From the NCBI GenBank assembly GCA_902800255.1, contig CADCDV010000001.1, forward strand, positions 1 through 48,366: DNA of 48,366 nt, read 5' to 3'. The DNA comes from an uncultured Erysipelotrichaceae bacterium. Its GTDB lineage: Bacteria > Bacillota_I > Bacilli_A > RFN20 > CAG-826. Positions 9,761 through 19,011 of the stretch are shown here, one piece after another (within the stretch, counting starts at the first letter, position 1; the number at the start of each line of letters is the position of its first letter). Under the pieces are notes generated by a model. The model made no database searches, was not told the DNA's origin, and saw nothing but the letters and a program-made list of their open reading frames with translations. The position numbers and the translations under genes were made by a program.

Positions 9761-10222
9761 TTAAGCTTCCATGTTCTCGGCGCGGTGCTTGAAGCAGGCG
9801 ACGCAGAGGAGAACGCTCAAGGCAAGGCTTAAGACGTTGGTTACGATGGTGCCAATGGCTGCTTTGTTTTGGAAGTCGCTAACGACGGAGATTGCTCCGA
9901 AAACAACGCCAAGGATAGAGACAACGATGCAGAACATTCCCCATTTTCCCTGAAGCGAGAACTTGAATCCGCCGATGATTTGGAGGATTTCGAAGAGGGA
10001 TCCGATGATAAGCGAGACGACGAGCATCGCTTTAGCTGTGCCAATCGCGATTGCAATTAGGGCTTCGTCGGTAAGACCCTGGTTAGCTGCTTCTTCTCTA
10101 ACGAGAGCTTCGACGCCTGCCATGCCAGTAATCGTAGTAACGATTGAGACCACTAGGAGGATCAAACTGACTATGGCCACGACTAAAATGATGGTTGACC
10201 AAATAGACTTCTTGTTTTTCAT
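9761..10222 (-). CDS. Predicted 4-TM membrane protein of unknown function (paralog of 11055-11537)
   Basis: I chose the ATG at 10222 (MKNKKSIWSTIIL...), which has an AGGAAA RBS. The longer track ORF adds 19 aa. It shares the blocks IGGFxFSLxGKWGMFCxVVSI and CxACxKHRxEN with the paralog. Confidence 0.6.
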   Translation of the reverse strand: MKNKKSIWSTIILVVAIVSLILLVVSIVTTITGMAGVEALVREEAANQGLTDEALIAIAIGTAKAMLVVSLIIGSLFEILQIIGGFKFSLQGKWGMFCIVVSILGVVFGAISVVSDFQNKAAIGTIVTNVLSLALSVLLCVACFKHRAENMEA

Positions 10223-10303
10223 TAGTATTTCCTTTCTATAGGTTGATTTTATTCTATGTTTTAAAGCGTCGTTTGACAAACGATTACTTCAAATAATCCA
10301 TGA

Positions 10304-10969
10304 CTAATATCTGAGAGATTTAAATCTCGCTTTATCTTCTTTTGAAATCCTGAATGAGTCGTTCATCTTGGAGATTGTCTTCTTTTTAAGAGTCATGTCA
10401 TCCATGTTCTTTAGCAAACCATAGACGAAGTCGCTGTTCTTGATCGCGATAGTAGCAAGGAGCCAAGCTTCCGCCATCATGATCATGTATTCTTCGTTGT
10501 AGCGAAGGAAAGGCGCGATCTTCTCAATATCCGGGCTGGCATAGTGTTTAAGCATTCCAACATAGGCAAACCTTGCTTCATACGTGTTTTTGCGCTTAGA
10601 AAAGTATTCAAAAAACGGAAAATACTCTGCAAAAGTGGCCTTTTTTAAATATTGATTCAATACATCGGTGACCGCCCAACCCTTAACGAAATGGAGATTC
10701 TTCTTAAGGAATTCCATCTGTTCTTTGTAGGTGCGGGCCCTCTTTAGTGCGGTAACCAAATAGGCGATGTCGATCTCCTGATACTCGCCTAATTCGAAGT
10801 CGGAAAGCTTGAGGTCTTCATCCTTATAATGCTCATTGATGATTCTCTTTAACGTAGGAGTCATGAGACCGATGATTTTATAAGAGGTGTTGAAAACCTT
10901 CTCAGCGAACTCCATGTTCTTGTTGTCCGCGCTGTCAAAAAGAAGTTTCTTTAAGGCGAAGTAGTCCAT
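10304..10969 (-). CDS. DNA alkylation repair protein family (AlkD/YhaZ-like HEAT-repeat protein)
   Basis: 221 aa from the ATG at 10969 (MDYFALKKLL...). The pattern ...YKIIGLMTPTLKRI..., ...GWAVTDVL..., ...EARFAYVGML..., ...MMAEAWLLATIAIK..., ...KTISKMNDSFRISKEDK resembles pfam DNA_alkylation proteins, recalled from memory. The 60-aa upstream extension in the track overlaps the neighbouring gene and its terminator. Confidence 0.55.
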   Translation of the reverse strand: MDYFALKKLLFDSADNKNMEFAEKVFNTSYKIIGLMTPTLKRIINEHYKDEDLKLSDFELGEYQEIDIAYLVTALKRARTYKEQMEFLKKNLHFVKGWAVTDVLNQYLKKATFAEYFPFFEYFSKRKNTYEARFAYVGMLKHYASPDIEKIAPFLRYNEEYMIMMAEAWLLATIAIKNSDFVYGLLKNMDDMTLKKKTISKMNDSFRISKEDKARFKSLRY

Positions 10970-11010
10970 AAAAGAACTATAAGCGTTTTGTCTTTCTTTG
11001 GCGATTAGAT

Positions 11011-11036
11011 AAAAAGAAAAGGTGCCGAAGCACCCT
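11011..11036 (-). terminator. Rho-independent terminator (UUCG tetraloop) after the 160-aa membrane protein gene
   Basis: The minus strand reads gggtgc-ttcg-gcacct followed by tttcttttta. Confidence 0.5.
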
Positions 11037-11054
11037 TTCCATTGTTTGTTTTGA

Positions 11055-11537
11055 TTAGTTGGCTTTGGCTTCTTCAAGCGCAAGTTGCTGATTCTCTTTG
11101 CGGTGTTTGACGCAAGCGATGCAGTAGAAGATGGCGAGAATAAGGTCAAGGATGTTGAGTATGAGAGTCGTCATATCGCCTTGTTGCGCTAAGCCAGTGA
11201 GGACCCTGATGGAGTCAACCACAAGGACGATGATTGAAACGACGACGCAGAACATGCCCCACTTTCCTTTGAGGGAGAACAAGAATCCGCCAATCGCTTC
11301 AAAAACATTGAATGTCATGCCTAAGACCACGCCTGTGATGACGCTGGACATGGCCGTATCTACAGCGGCTTTGGCAACATCTTCGGATACCCCTTGCCTA
11401 ATGAGTTCTTCTTCAGCAACCGCCCTAATTCCAGGGAGTTGAACCGCAAGCATGACAATGCTCACCACAATGCTAACGACCATAAGGATCGAGATAGCCA
11501 AGATGAGCTTTGACCAAACAGAATTTTTATTGTTCAT
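11055..11537 (-). CDS. Predicted 4-TM membrane protein of unknown function (paralog of 9761-10222)
   Basis: MNNKNSVWSKLIL... with an AAGGAGAA RBS. About 40% identity by eye to the 9761-10222 product, with identical motif blocks. Confidence 0.65.
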   Translation of the reverse strand: MNNKNSVWSKLILAISILMVVSIVVSIVMLAVQLPGIRAVAEEELIRQGVSEDVAKAAVDTAMSSVITGVVLGMTFNVFEAIGGFLFSLKGKWGMFCVVVSIIVLVVDSIRVLTGLAQQGDMTTLILNILDLILAIFYCIACVKHRKENQQLALEEAKAN

Positions 11538-11601
11538 TTTCGTTTCTCCTTCGAACCGCCCTCTATTCTATAAAAAATGAAGAAACCGTTTCAATGGACT
11601 A

Positions 11602-12273
11602 TCACGCTATAGTGAATATGGTGTTTTTGTGAAAAGCGCCATACGCGAATCCGAAATTTAAGAACAAAGGAATGTCTTTGTAGGCCTCAAAGGAAGTGCG
11701 GCTAAGGAATTCTTCCGTTGAGATGTTTTCAATATAACCATATGGGTTATAAACGGTGACCTTGTCGCTAGAGAGATCTAGTCCACTTACAACAGAGAAA
11801 TGAAGGGTCCATTCATCTTCGTATTTAGCGGCCCATTCAATGGCGACGGGATCATTGTTCTTGAGAGAATCGTGTATTCCCTTAAGGAGTTCATCATCTT
11901 TTAAATACGCGCGCTCGCTAAAGGTTTTAGAAGGGATGCATTTGTTGATTTCCTGAACGAATCCGCCAGTTGAAGCCGTTGAGACTGCGCCGTTCCTGGC
12001 ATCAAGCTCATCCTCGGTGACACGTTTCCCATAGAAAGAAGAAATCATTTCAATGGACGCGTACCCGCATGACACATGTTGCGTGACAAGCTCAAGTTTG
12101 TCCACTTCCACTTTAGTGGAATAGTTAGTGTCATTCTTCAAATAAGATGTGTCCGCTTTTAAACCAGCGGTCTTAACGCCAAGGACGGCGAAAGGAATGG
12201 CAACTGCTAATGCCAAAGAAGCAACGAAAGTCGAGACGGAAACAATAACGATTGTTTTGGTTTTCTTTTTCAT
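11602..12273 (-). CDS. Membrane-anchored papain-fold cysteine peptidase, C39-like (Peptidase_C39_2-like)
   Basis: N-terminal signal-anchor (KTIVIVSVSTFVASLALAVAIPFAVL). Candidate catalytic residues are Q..SCGYASIEM (Cys), WTLHFSVVSG (His) and VYNPYG (Asn/Asp), in the spacing typical of C39-like domains. Confidence 0.55.
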   Translation of the reverse strand: MKKKTKTIVIVSVSTFVASLALAVAIPFAVLGVKTAGLKADTSYLKNDTNYSTKVEVDKLELVTQHVSCGYASIEMISSFYGKRVTEDELDARNGAVSTASTGGFVQEINKCIPSKTFSERAYLKDDELLKGIHDSLKNNDPVAIEWAAKYEDEWTLHFSVVSGLDLSSDKVTVYNPYGYIENISTEEFLSRTSFEAYKDIPLFLNFGFAYGAFHKNTIFTIA

Positions 12274-12287
12274 GAGCGAATTATAAC

Positions 12288-12313
12288 AAAAAAGCCGCCC
12301 TTATTGGACGGCT
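12288..12313 (-). terminator. Rho-independent terminator after rpsR
   Basis: Stem agccgccc / gg(a)cggct with a U-tract on minus (A-run at 12288-12293). Confidence 0.55.
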
Positions 12314-12329
12314 TGATTTTTGTTAGAGA

Positions 12330-12560
12330 TTATCTCTGGCCAACTTCAGGAAGCAAACCCATGAAACGGGCGTTCTTGATAGCTTTGGCGAGTTCACGCT
12401 GATACTTGGCGCTGGTTCCGGTTGAGCTACGGGCAAGGATCTTTCCATCAGGAGTGATGAATCTGCTGAGGAGTTCGGTGTCCTTATAGTCAATGAACTT
12501 AACGTGGTTCTTGGTGAAGTAGCAGACCTTTCTCTTAGGTCTCATTTTCTTGAAAGCCAT
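12330..12560 (-). CDS. rpsR: 30S ribosomal protein S18
   Basis: ...RKVCYFTKN...IDYKD..LL.RFI...[29 protein letters not shown]. Confidence 0.95.
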   Translation of the reverse strand: MAFKKMRPKRKVCYFTKNHVKFIDYKDTELLSRFITPDGKILARSSTGTSAKYQRELAKAIKNARFMGLLPEVGQR

Positions 12561-12586
12561 TGTTATTAATCCTTTCTGTTTGAGTC

Positions 12587-13036
12587 TTAGAATGGAAGAT
12601 CGTCACTGACGACATCAATTCCATCTAAGTTGCCGCTGTCTGCGGCATCATCTTGTACATAATCCTGCTGAGGGGCTTGCTGACGGATGTTGGCATCCGG
12701 AGTGGCTCCGTTAGCGGATTTTGGTTCTAAGAAGTCGACGTTATCCGCGATGGTTTCGATAACAGTAACCTGTTGATTATCTCTGTTGGTATATTTGCGC
12801 TGATTGAGTCTGCCAGAGACGGCCACTAAAGAGCCTTTTCTAACAAACCTGGCGACATTCTCGGCCTTGGTTCCGAAGATTGAGCAGCCCATGAATAGGG
12901 TGTTCTTTTCTCCGTTAGGACCTTTGAATGAATCGTCAACCGCCACAGTGAAGGAAACGACTGTGAGTCCTGTGTTGGTTTTGCGTGACTCTGGGTCACG
13001 GGTCAAACGACCAATAAGAACGACATGATTAAGCAT
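12587..13036 (-). CDS. ssb: Single-stranded DNA-binding protein
   Basis: [16 protein letters not shown]... OB fold, Q/P-rich linker, acidic C-terminal tip ...DDLPF. Confidence 0.95.
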   Translation of the reverse strand: MLNHVVLIGRLTRDPESRKTNTGLTVVSFTVAVDDSFKGPNGEKNTLFMGCSIFGTKAENVARFVRKGSLVAVSGRLNQRKYTNRDNQQVTVIETIADNVDFLEPKSANGATPDANIRQQAPQQDYVQDDAADSGNLDGIDVVSDDLPF

Positions 13037-13066
13037 TGTTTACCATCCTCCAATTAATGTTGCCGA

Positions 13067-13354
13067 TTAGTCTTGTGCAACAGTGATCAAGTGGCGGAGT
13101 ACGTTTTGGTTGAGCTTGGCCAAACGATCGAACTCATCAAGAGCTGGCTTTTCAGCGTTGACCTTGAGGATGACGTAGTATCCCTTGGTCTGCTTTTTGA
13201 TGATGCTGGCGAAGTCTTTGATGCCCCACTCCTTGGTGTCGAGAACCTTGGCGTTATTGTCTTCAAGGATCTTCTGGAGTTTGGCGATCTCACCCTTAGC
13301 GGCTGCCTCATCGAGAGTGGCGTTAAGGATGTACATGATTTCGTACTTTTTCAT
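13067..13354 (-). CDS. rpsF: 30S ribosomal protein S6
   Basis: MKKYEIMYIL.... An ATG with a GGAGGTG RBS sits 6 nt upstream. The track's GTG start 9 nt further up would overlap that RBS. Confidence 0.95.
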   Translation of the reverse strand: MKKYEIMYILNATLDEAAAKGEIAKLQKILEDNNAKVLDTKEWGIKDFASIIKKQTKGYYVILKVNAEKPALDEFDRLAKLNQNVLRHLITVAQD

Positions 13355-13592
13355 GATTAGCACCTCCTAGTTTTGGTCTAAGGACCGCCTCAATTAATTG
13401 GACGGCCATAGAAGAATGTCGCTTTAGTTCCTTCGCTAAAGCCCAACAATGATACTATAGTCGCCCCTCTTAATCAATTAAGAGTTCCTTGAATTTTCTC
13501 ATCTCCATCGGCAAAAGAGGAGAAATGCAAAAATTTGGGTTCACTAATATATAGTGATTTTTCTTACATTTTTCGGAAAAATTTTCAGGCGG

Positions 13593-13627
13593 TTTTTATG
13601 GGCAAAAAGAAAAAATACGCGGTTTTT
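13593..13627 (-). terminator. Rho-independent terminator after lysS
   Basis: On the minus strand a 9-bp stem aatacgtgg/ccgcgtatt (one G-U pair) is followed by ttttcttttt. Confidence 0.6.
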
Positions 13628-13650
13628 GCCACGTATTTTTGGATTTTTCG

Positions 13651-15168
13651 TTACTTTTTCTCAGGGTCTTTTTTGGTGACCGCGACTTCATCTTTCATCG
13701 TTGGGAAGATGAGAACTTCACGAATTGTTGATTGTTCAGCGAAGAGCATGCAAAGACGGTCAACACCGACGCCGATACCACCAGCTGGCGGCATGCCATA
13801 GATGAGAGCGTCGAGGAAGCTGAAGTCGATATCGGCAGCCTCATCGTCGCCTCTTTCGCGGGCGGCTAACTGAGCCTTGAAACGTTCTTCCTGATCGAAT
13901 GGGTTGTTGAGTTCGCTATAGGCGTTGCCGAACTCAGTACCACCAATGAAGAGCTCGAAACGATCAACGAAACGTGAATCGGCGGTCTTCTTGGTAAGAG
14001 GAGAAACCTCGATTGGGTATGTGTGAATGAAGGTTGGCTGGATAAGGGTTGGCTCAACGAACTCATCGAAGAAGGCCTGCATGATGTAGCCAGTGCTGTT
14101 CCAGGACTTCTCAAGCGTGACGCCGTGTTTCTTGGCAAGGGCCACTGCTTCTTCAAATGGAATCTCTTGGTTGAAGTCGACGCCGGTCTTCTCTTTGATG
14201 GCGTCAGCCATGGAGATCCAGGCAAATGGCTTAGAGATGTCGATGGTGTTGCCATTCCACTCATAGGTGTCTTTGCCGATAACCTTTTCACCGATGTAAT
14301 GGAAGAGGCCTTCGGCCCACTTTCTCATATCGCTAAGGTCGCCATAAGCCTGATAGAGCTCGATGGTTGTGAATTCTGGGTTGTGTCTGTTGTCGATACC
14401 TTCGTTACGGAAGATACGGCCGATTTCATAAACACGGTCGATACCACCAACCATGCACTTCTTGAGGTTGAGCTCAGTGGCGATACGGAGGAAGAAATCC
14501 TTATCGAGAGCGTTGTGATGGGTGATGAATGGACGAGCTGAAGCGCCACCGGCGATTGGAGAAAGGACAGGGGTCTCAACTTCAACGAAACCAAGGGAAT
14601 CGCTGTAGTTTCTGATGCCTTTCACGATGGCGGATCTGGTTAAGGCGTTCTTACGGGATTCATCATTAATGATGAGGTCGACGTAACGGCGACGGCATCT
14701 TTCTTCGATGTCGGTCAAACCGTGGAACTTCTCTGGAAGAGGTTTGAGACACTTGGTGATGTGGGTGTACTTGGTGGTGCGGATGGTAAGCTCACCGGTT
14801 CTTGTGAGCATCAAGGTTCCTTCTAAACCAACGATGTCACCAATGTCAGCGAGTTTGAAAACTTCGTAGTCATGCTCACCGACGACATCGCGTCCAAGCC
14901 AAGCCTGCATGTTGCCATATTCGTCTTTGATGTTGACGAAACTGGCTTTGCCCATGCGTCTAATCGACATAAGACGGCCAGCGACATTGACCGGGATCTG
15001 TTTCTCAGCGAGTTCTTCTTCGGTTAAAGAACCGTATTTGGCGCGAAGGTCCTTGATAGAATCCTTCCACTCATAACGGCTTCCAAATGCATCGACACCA
15101 AGCTCTTCATAACGTGGTAATTTGGCACGTCTAGCAAGTTCTTGGTCATTAAGTTTCTCTTCTTCCAT
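13651..15168 (-). CDS. lysS: Lysine--tRNA ligase, class II
   Basis: Class II motifs are present (...FRNEGID.RHNPEFT..E.Y.AY.D...; ...GGIG.G.DRL.M). The start ATG is at 15168 (MEEEKLNDQELARR...) with a GGAGGAATACACA spacer. The track's longer start overlaps that RBS. Confidence 0.95.
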   Translation of the reverse strand: MEEEKLNDQELARRAKLPRYEELGVDAFGSRYEWKDSIKDLRAKYGSLTEEELAEKQIPVNVAGRLMSIRRMGKASFVNIKDEYGNMQAWLGRDVVGEHDYEVFKLADIGDIVGLEGTLMLTRTGELTIRTTKYTHITKCLKPLPEKFHGLTDIEERCRRRYVDLIINDESRKNALTRSAIVKGIRNYSDSLGFVEVETPVLSPIAGGASARPFITHHNALDKDFFLRIATELNLKKCMVGGIDRVYEIGRIFRNEGIDNRHNPEFTTIELYQAYGDLSDMRKWAEGLFHYIGEKVIGKDTYEWNGNTIDISKPFAWISMADAIKEKTGVDFNQEIPFEEAVALAKKHGVTLEKSWNSTGYIMQAFFDEFVEPTLIQPTFIHTYPIEVSPLTKKTADSRFVDRFELFIGGTEFGNAYSELNNPFDQEERFKAQLAARERGDDEAADIDFSFLDALIYGMPPAGGIGVGVDRLCMLFAEQSTIREVLIFPTMKDEVAVTKKDPEKK

Positions 15169-15245
15169 TGTGTATTCCTCCACAAACAAAGCGCACGGAT
15201 AGTTTACATTCAAATATCTATGCTCACAAAGCCTTTCTTTAGGCT

Positions 15246-17234
15246 TTACTTATTAGCAATCTCGTTTCCAGTGTAAAGCTGGTAATACTTACCCTTCTCA
15301 GCAAGGAGCTCTTCGTGGTTGCCTCTTTCGATGATTCTCCCATCTTGGAGGACCATGATGACGTCGCTGTTCTTGATCGTTGAGAGACGGTGGGCGATAA
15401 CAAAGACCGTACGGCCTTTCATAATCGCATCCATGCCTTGTTGGACAAGTCCTTCGGTGCGGCTATCGATCGACGAGGTTGCCTCATCAAGAATCATGAC
15501 AGGAGGGTTCGCAACAGCCGCTCTTGCGATAGCAATAAGCTGTCTTTGACCTTGCGAGAGGGACGCTCCACCGCTAGCGAGAACGGTGTTATATCCATCT
15601 GGAAGGTGGGTGATGAAGTTATGGGCGTTAGCAAGCTTAGCGGCCTCAATGACTTCCTCATCCGTTGCTTCAAGATTGCCGAATCGGATGTTCTCCATAA
15701 CAGTTCCGGTGAAGAGCTTCGTATCCTGAAGGACCATGCCTAATGAACGACGGAGATCTTTCTTTTTGATTTTGTTGATGTTGATGTCATCATACCTGAC
15801 CTTTCCATCCTCGATATCGTAGAAGCGATTGATGAGGTTGGTGATGGTTGTTTTGCCACTTCCAGTAGGTCCGACAAAGGCGATTTTCTGGCCTTCTTCA
15901 GCGTACATGGTGATGTTATGCAAGACGGTTTTGCCAGGGATATATGCAAAATCGACATCGTCAAAGGTGATTCTTCCTTTGAGCCAAGTGTAGGTGGTTG
16001 GAGACCCGTCGGTGTGAGGGTGTTTCCAAGCCCACTTACCAGTTCTTTCAGCGCATTCGACTGGGTTGCCATTCTCGTCTTCTTTTGCGTTAACGAGCTC
16101 GACATATCCTTCATCGGTCTCGGCCTTGGCATCGATAATCTCAAAGATACGGGTCGCACCTGCCAAAGCAAGAGCGATCAAATTAAGCTGCTGGGAAACG
16201 TTTCCAATTGGCTGAACGAAGGCTTTCGAATAGAGAAGGAAGCTGACGATGGAGCCGACTGTCGCTAAACCATAGGTGAAGGTTCCTGTTAAGGAAACGC
16301 CAGTCATGTGGTTAAAGACGGCAATCGAACCGATCAAAGCGATGAGGACATACTGGAGGTTGCCAACTTGGTTAACGGTAGGCATGAGTAAGTTCGCAAA
16401 TCTATTAGCTTTGACGGAATAGGTGAAGAATTGGTCGTTGTGCTTCTTGAAGCCTTCGATATTTCTCTTCTCGTAATTGAATACTTTGACGACCCTTTGG
16501 CCATTGATCATCTCTTCGATGTAGCCGTTCATTTTGCCAAGCTCAATCTGCTGGGCGATGAAGAAACGGGACGCCATCTTGGTGAAGTAAATGATGATGA
16601 TGAAGATAAGGATGCCAACCGCAACAACGACGCCGGTAAGCATCAAATCGGTGAGGAGCATCATGACGAAGCAAGCGATCATCGTGACGATGGAACTCGC
16701 CATCATTGGAAGGGCACGTGAAAGCATTTCACGGAGAGCGTCAACGTCATTCGTATAGACGGACATGATGTCACCGCGTCCCCTTCTATCGAAGTATGAG
16801 ATTGGGAGGTCCTGCATGTGGTCATAGAGTTCGTCTCTGATGCGTTTCTGAACTCCTTGGCCGATGATGGACATGAGGATGTTATAGACGTAGAGGGCAA
16901 TGGTTCCTAAAGCAAGGACGCTTGCCATGATGGCAATCGCTCCGCCAAACGGAACGCCTGCAAGAAGGCCTTCAGTAGGCGTCACAATCTCAATCGAGTT
17001 AGCGCTCAAAGAAGGCATGATGTAAGAGTTGACCAAAACGTTGCCAGTGAAGAAGGCGGCAACGACGTTAGTGAAGCTCGAAAGAAGGACGCAGACCAAA
17101 ACGACGACGAACTGGGCTGGGTAATACTTGAAGACGTAGGAAAGAAGTCTTCTGATGGCGGCTGATCTCGCTTTGCCAGAGACCATGCTCATATTGCGCG
17201 CGCCTTTCGGAGCACGGATATTAGCTCGCGGCAT
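15246..17234 (-). CDS. ABC exporter permease/ATPase, heterodimer subunit with consensus Walker B/catalytic Glu and a deviant signature (LSQGQ)
   Basis: 6-TM domain plus NBD: GPTGSGKTT, LSQGQRQL, VMILDEATSSID. The start ATG is at 17234 with a GGAGGAGGTG RBS, overlapping the upstream stop by 14 nt. Confidence 0.85.
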   Translation of the reverse strand: MPRANIRAPKGARNMSMVSGKARSAAIRRLLSYVFKYYPAQFVVVLVCVLLSSFTNVVAAFFTGNVLVNSYIMPSLSANSIEIVTPTEGLLAGVPFGGAIAIMASVLALGTIALYVYNILMSIIGQGVQKRIRDELYDHMQDLPISYFDRRGRGDIMSVYTNDVDALREMLSRALPMMASSIVTMIACFVMMLLTDLMLTGVVVAVGILIFIIIIYFTKMASRFFIAQQIELGKMNGYIEEMINGQRVVKVFNYEKRNIEGFKKHNDQFFTYSVKANRFANLLMPTVNQVGNLQYVLIALIGSIAVFNHMTGVSLTGTFTYGLATVGSIVSFLLYSKAFVQPIGNVSQQLNLIALALAGATRIFEIIDAKAETDEGYVELVNAKEDENGNPVECAERTGKWAWKHPHTDGSPTTYTWLKGRITFDDVDFAYIPGKTVLHNITMYAEEGQKIAFVGPTGSGKTTITNLINRFYDIEDGKVRYDDININKIKKKDLRRSLGMVLQDTKLFTGTVMENIRFGNLEATDEEVIEAAKLANAHNFITHLPDGYNTVLASGGASLSQGQRQLIAIARAAVANPPVMILDEATSSIDSRTEGLVQQGMDAIMKGRTVFVIAHRLSTIKNSDVIMVLQDGRIIERGNHEELLAEKGKYYQLYTGNEIANK

Positions 17235-18981
17235 CGAAATCACCTCCTCCGTTTTGAGACTCAAAGAGGTCTCTATAGACTGCACTCGTCTTCATAAGCT
17301 CATCGTTGGTGCCGGTCTCAAGGACCTCACCTTCGTTCATAACCCAAATCTCGTTGCAATCCTTAACGGAAAGAACGCGCTGGGCAATGATGAACTTCGT
17401 GATGTCTGGATGATATTTATCTAAGCCATCGCGGATGAGTTTGTCAGTGTGGGTATCGCAAGCGCTTGTGGAATCATCAAGGATGAGGATCTTTGGGTTC
17501 TTAAGAAGCGCTCTTGCTATGCAAAGACGTTGTTTTTGGCCACCGGAAACGTTGGTGCCACCTTGCTCAATCATGGTATCTAAGCCGTCTGGCATGTCTT
17601 TGAGGAACGGGGTGACCTGAGCGATATCGCAAGCCTCCATTATTTGCTCATCTGTGGCGTTTTCGTTGCCCCATTTGAGGTTATCTCTGATAGTGCCGGT
17701 GAAAAGGGTGTTCTTTTGAAGAACAACGGCAACGGAATCACGTAAGGATTCGAGTTTGTATTCTTTGACGTTATGGCCGCCGACAAGGACTTCGCCTTTC
17801 TGGGCGTCGAATAATCTAGCGATTAAGGAAACGAGGGTTGTTTTGCTTGAACCGGTTGGGCCAAGGATGCCAATCGTGCTTCCAGATTTGACCTTTCTGT
17901 TCACGTCGATAAGGACGTCCTTTCCTTTGGAATAAGCGAAATTGACGTGTTTGAATTCCACTTCTCCATTCGGAACGGTTTCGATTGGGTTCTCAGGGTC
18001 AGCAACATCTGGAACTTCCTCTAAGGCTTCGAGAATACGCTCAGTGCTGTTGCGACCGATGATGATCATGACATAGACCATTGAGACCATCATGAGGGAC
18101 ATGAGAATCATCATGGAATATGTGAGCATGGTGCTAAGAGCACCAATGCCAATCGCCGTTTCGTGAGTTGAAACAATCGCATGGGAGACGATGACGCTGA
18201 TGATGATCATCGTTCCGTAGGTGGCGATATTCATGAATGGGCCATTGAGAGCAACTCTCATTTCAGCCTTCTTGAAGTTCTTATAAATCCAGTATGAGAC
18301 CTTGCCGAATTTCTCTTTCTGGTAATCTTCGCGGTTGAAGGATTTGACGACGCGGATTCCGTCGACATCCTCATCAACGGCCTGGTTCAAATCGTCATAA
18401 GCATTGAAGATTTTGACGAAAATTGGATGGGCTTTGTTGGCGATAAAGATCAAAACGAATCCAGCGAGAGGGATGAAGAAAAGGAAAACGAGAGCGGCTT
18501 GCCAATAGGTGACGAAGCACATGACAAGGGCGAATAACATCAAGAATGGAGCGCGCACTACCGCTCTGATGATCATCTGGAATGCGCCTTGGATGTTCGT
18601 GATGTCGGTTGTGGTTCTTGTGACAAGAGAGCTCGTAGAGAATTTGTCGATGTTCTTGAAGGAATAATCCTGAACGTGGACGAATAAGGCTTCACGGACG
18701 TTCTTGCCAAAGCCAGCAGCTGCGCTTGAAGCGAAGACGCCAGCGACGATACCTAAACCCCATGCCGCAAGGGCAATCCCCGCGATGATGAGGGAATACA
18801 TGATGATCGTGTCTAGGCTATCTTGAGTTCCGGTGAGGTTCTCAACTTCGTTGATGAAGAACTGCATGAAGTAAGCAACAAGACCTTCGCAGACAGACTC
18901 AAAAAGGACCGCAATCCAAGTAAGGATCGTGTCTTTCCAATAGCCTTTGATGTAGCGAAGCAACTTGATGATCTCTTTCAT
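17221..18981 (-). CDS. ABC exporter permease/ATPase, heterodimer subunit with a degenerate catalytic position (ILILDDSTS)
   Basis: 6-TM domain plus NBD: GPTGSSKTT, VSGGQKQR. Walker B ILILDD is followed by S, with Asp replacing the catalytic Glu. Confidence 0.85.
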   Translation of the reverse strand: MKEIIKLLRYIKGYWKDTILTWIAVLFESVCEGLVAYFMQFFINEVENLTGTQDSLDTIIMYSLIIAGIALAAWGLGIVAGVFASSAAAGFGKNVREALFVHVQDYSFKNIDKFSTSSLVTRTTTDITNIQGAFQMIIRAVVRAPFLMLFALVMCFVTYWQAALVFLFFIPLAGFVLIFIANKAHPIFVKIFNAYDDLNQAVDEDVDGIRVVKSFNREDYQKEKFGKVSYWIYKNFKKAEMRVALNGPFMNIATYGTMIIISVIVSHAIVSTHETAIGIGALSTMLTYSMMILMSLMMVSMVYVMIIIGRNSTERILEALEEVPDVADPENPIETVPNGEVEFKHVNFAYSKGKDVLIDVNRKVKSGSTIGILGPTGSSKTTLVSLIARLFDAQKGEVLVGGHNVKEYKLESLRDSVAVVLQKNTLFTGTIRDNLKWGNENATDEQIMEACDIAQVTPFLKDMPDGLDTMIEQGGTNVSGGQKQRLCIARALLKNPKILILDDSTSACDTHTDKLIRDGLDKYHPDITKFIIAQRVLSVKDCNEIWVMNEGEVLETGTNDELMKTSAVYRDLFESQNGGGDFDAAS

Positions 18982-19011
18982 AATCTCTGTCTATAAATAG
19001 ACAATGCAAAG

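Noticed and set aside
10970-11149. 60-aa N-terminal extension of the AlkD-like ORF in the track (start at 11149)
   Set aside because: The extension overlaps the 3' end of the upstream membrane-protein gene and runs through its terminator hairpin. Homology to the DNA_alkylation family begins at the ATG at 10969.
13535-13801. 88-aa plus-strand ORF spanning the lysS terminator region
   Set aside because: It overlaps the lysS 3' end and its terminator, has no RBS and has a hydrophobic, low-complexity sequence. It is most likely spurious.
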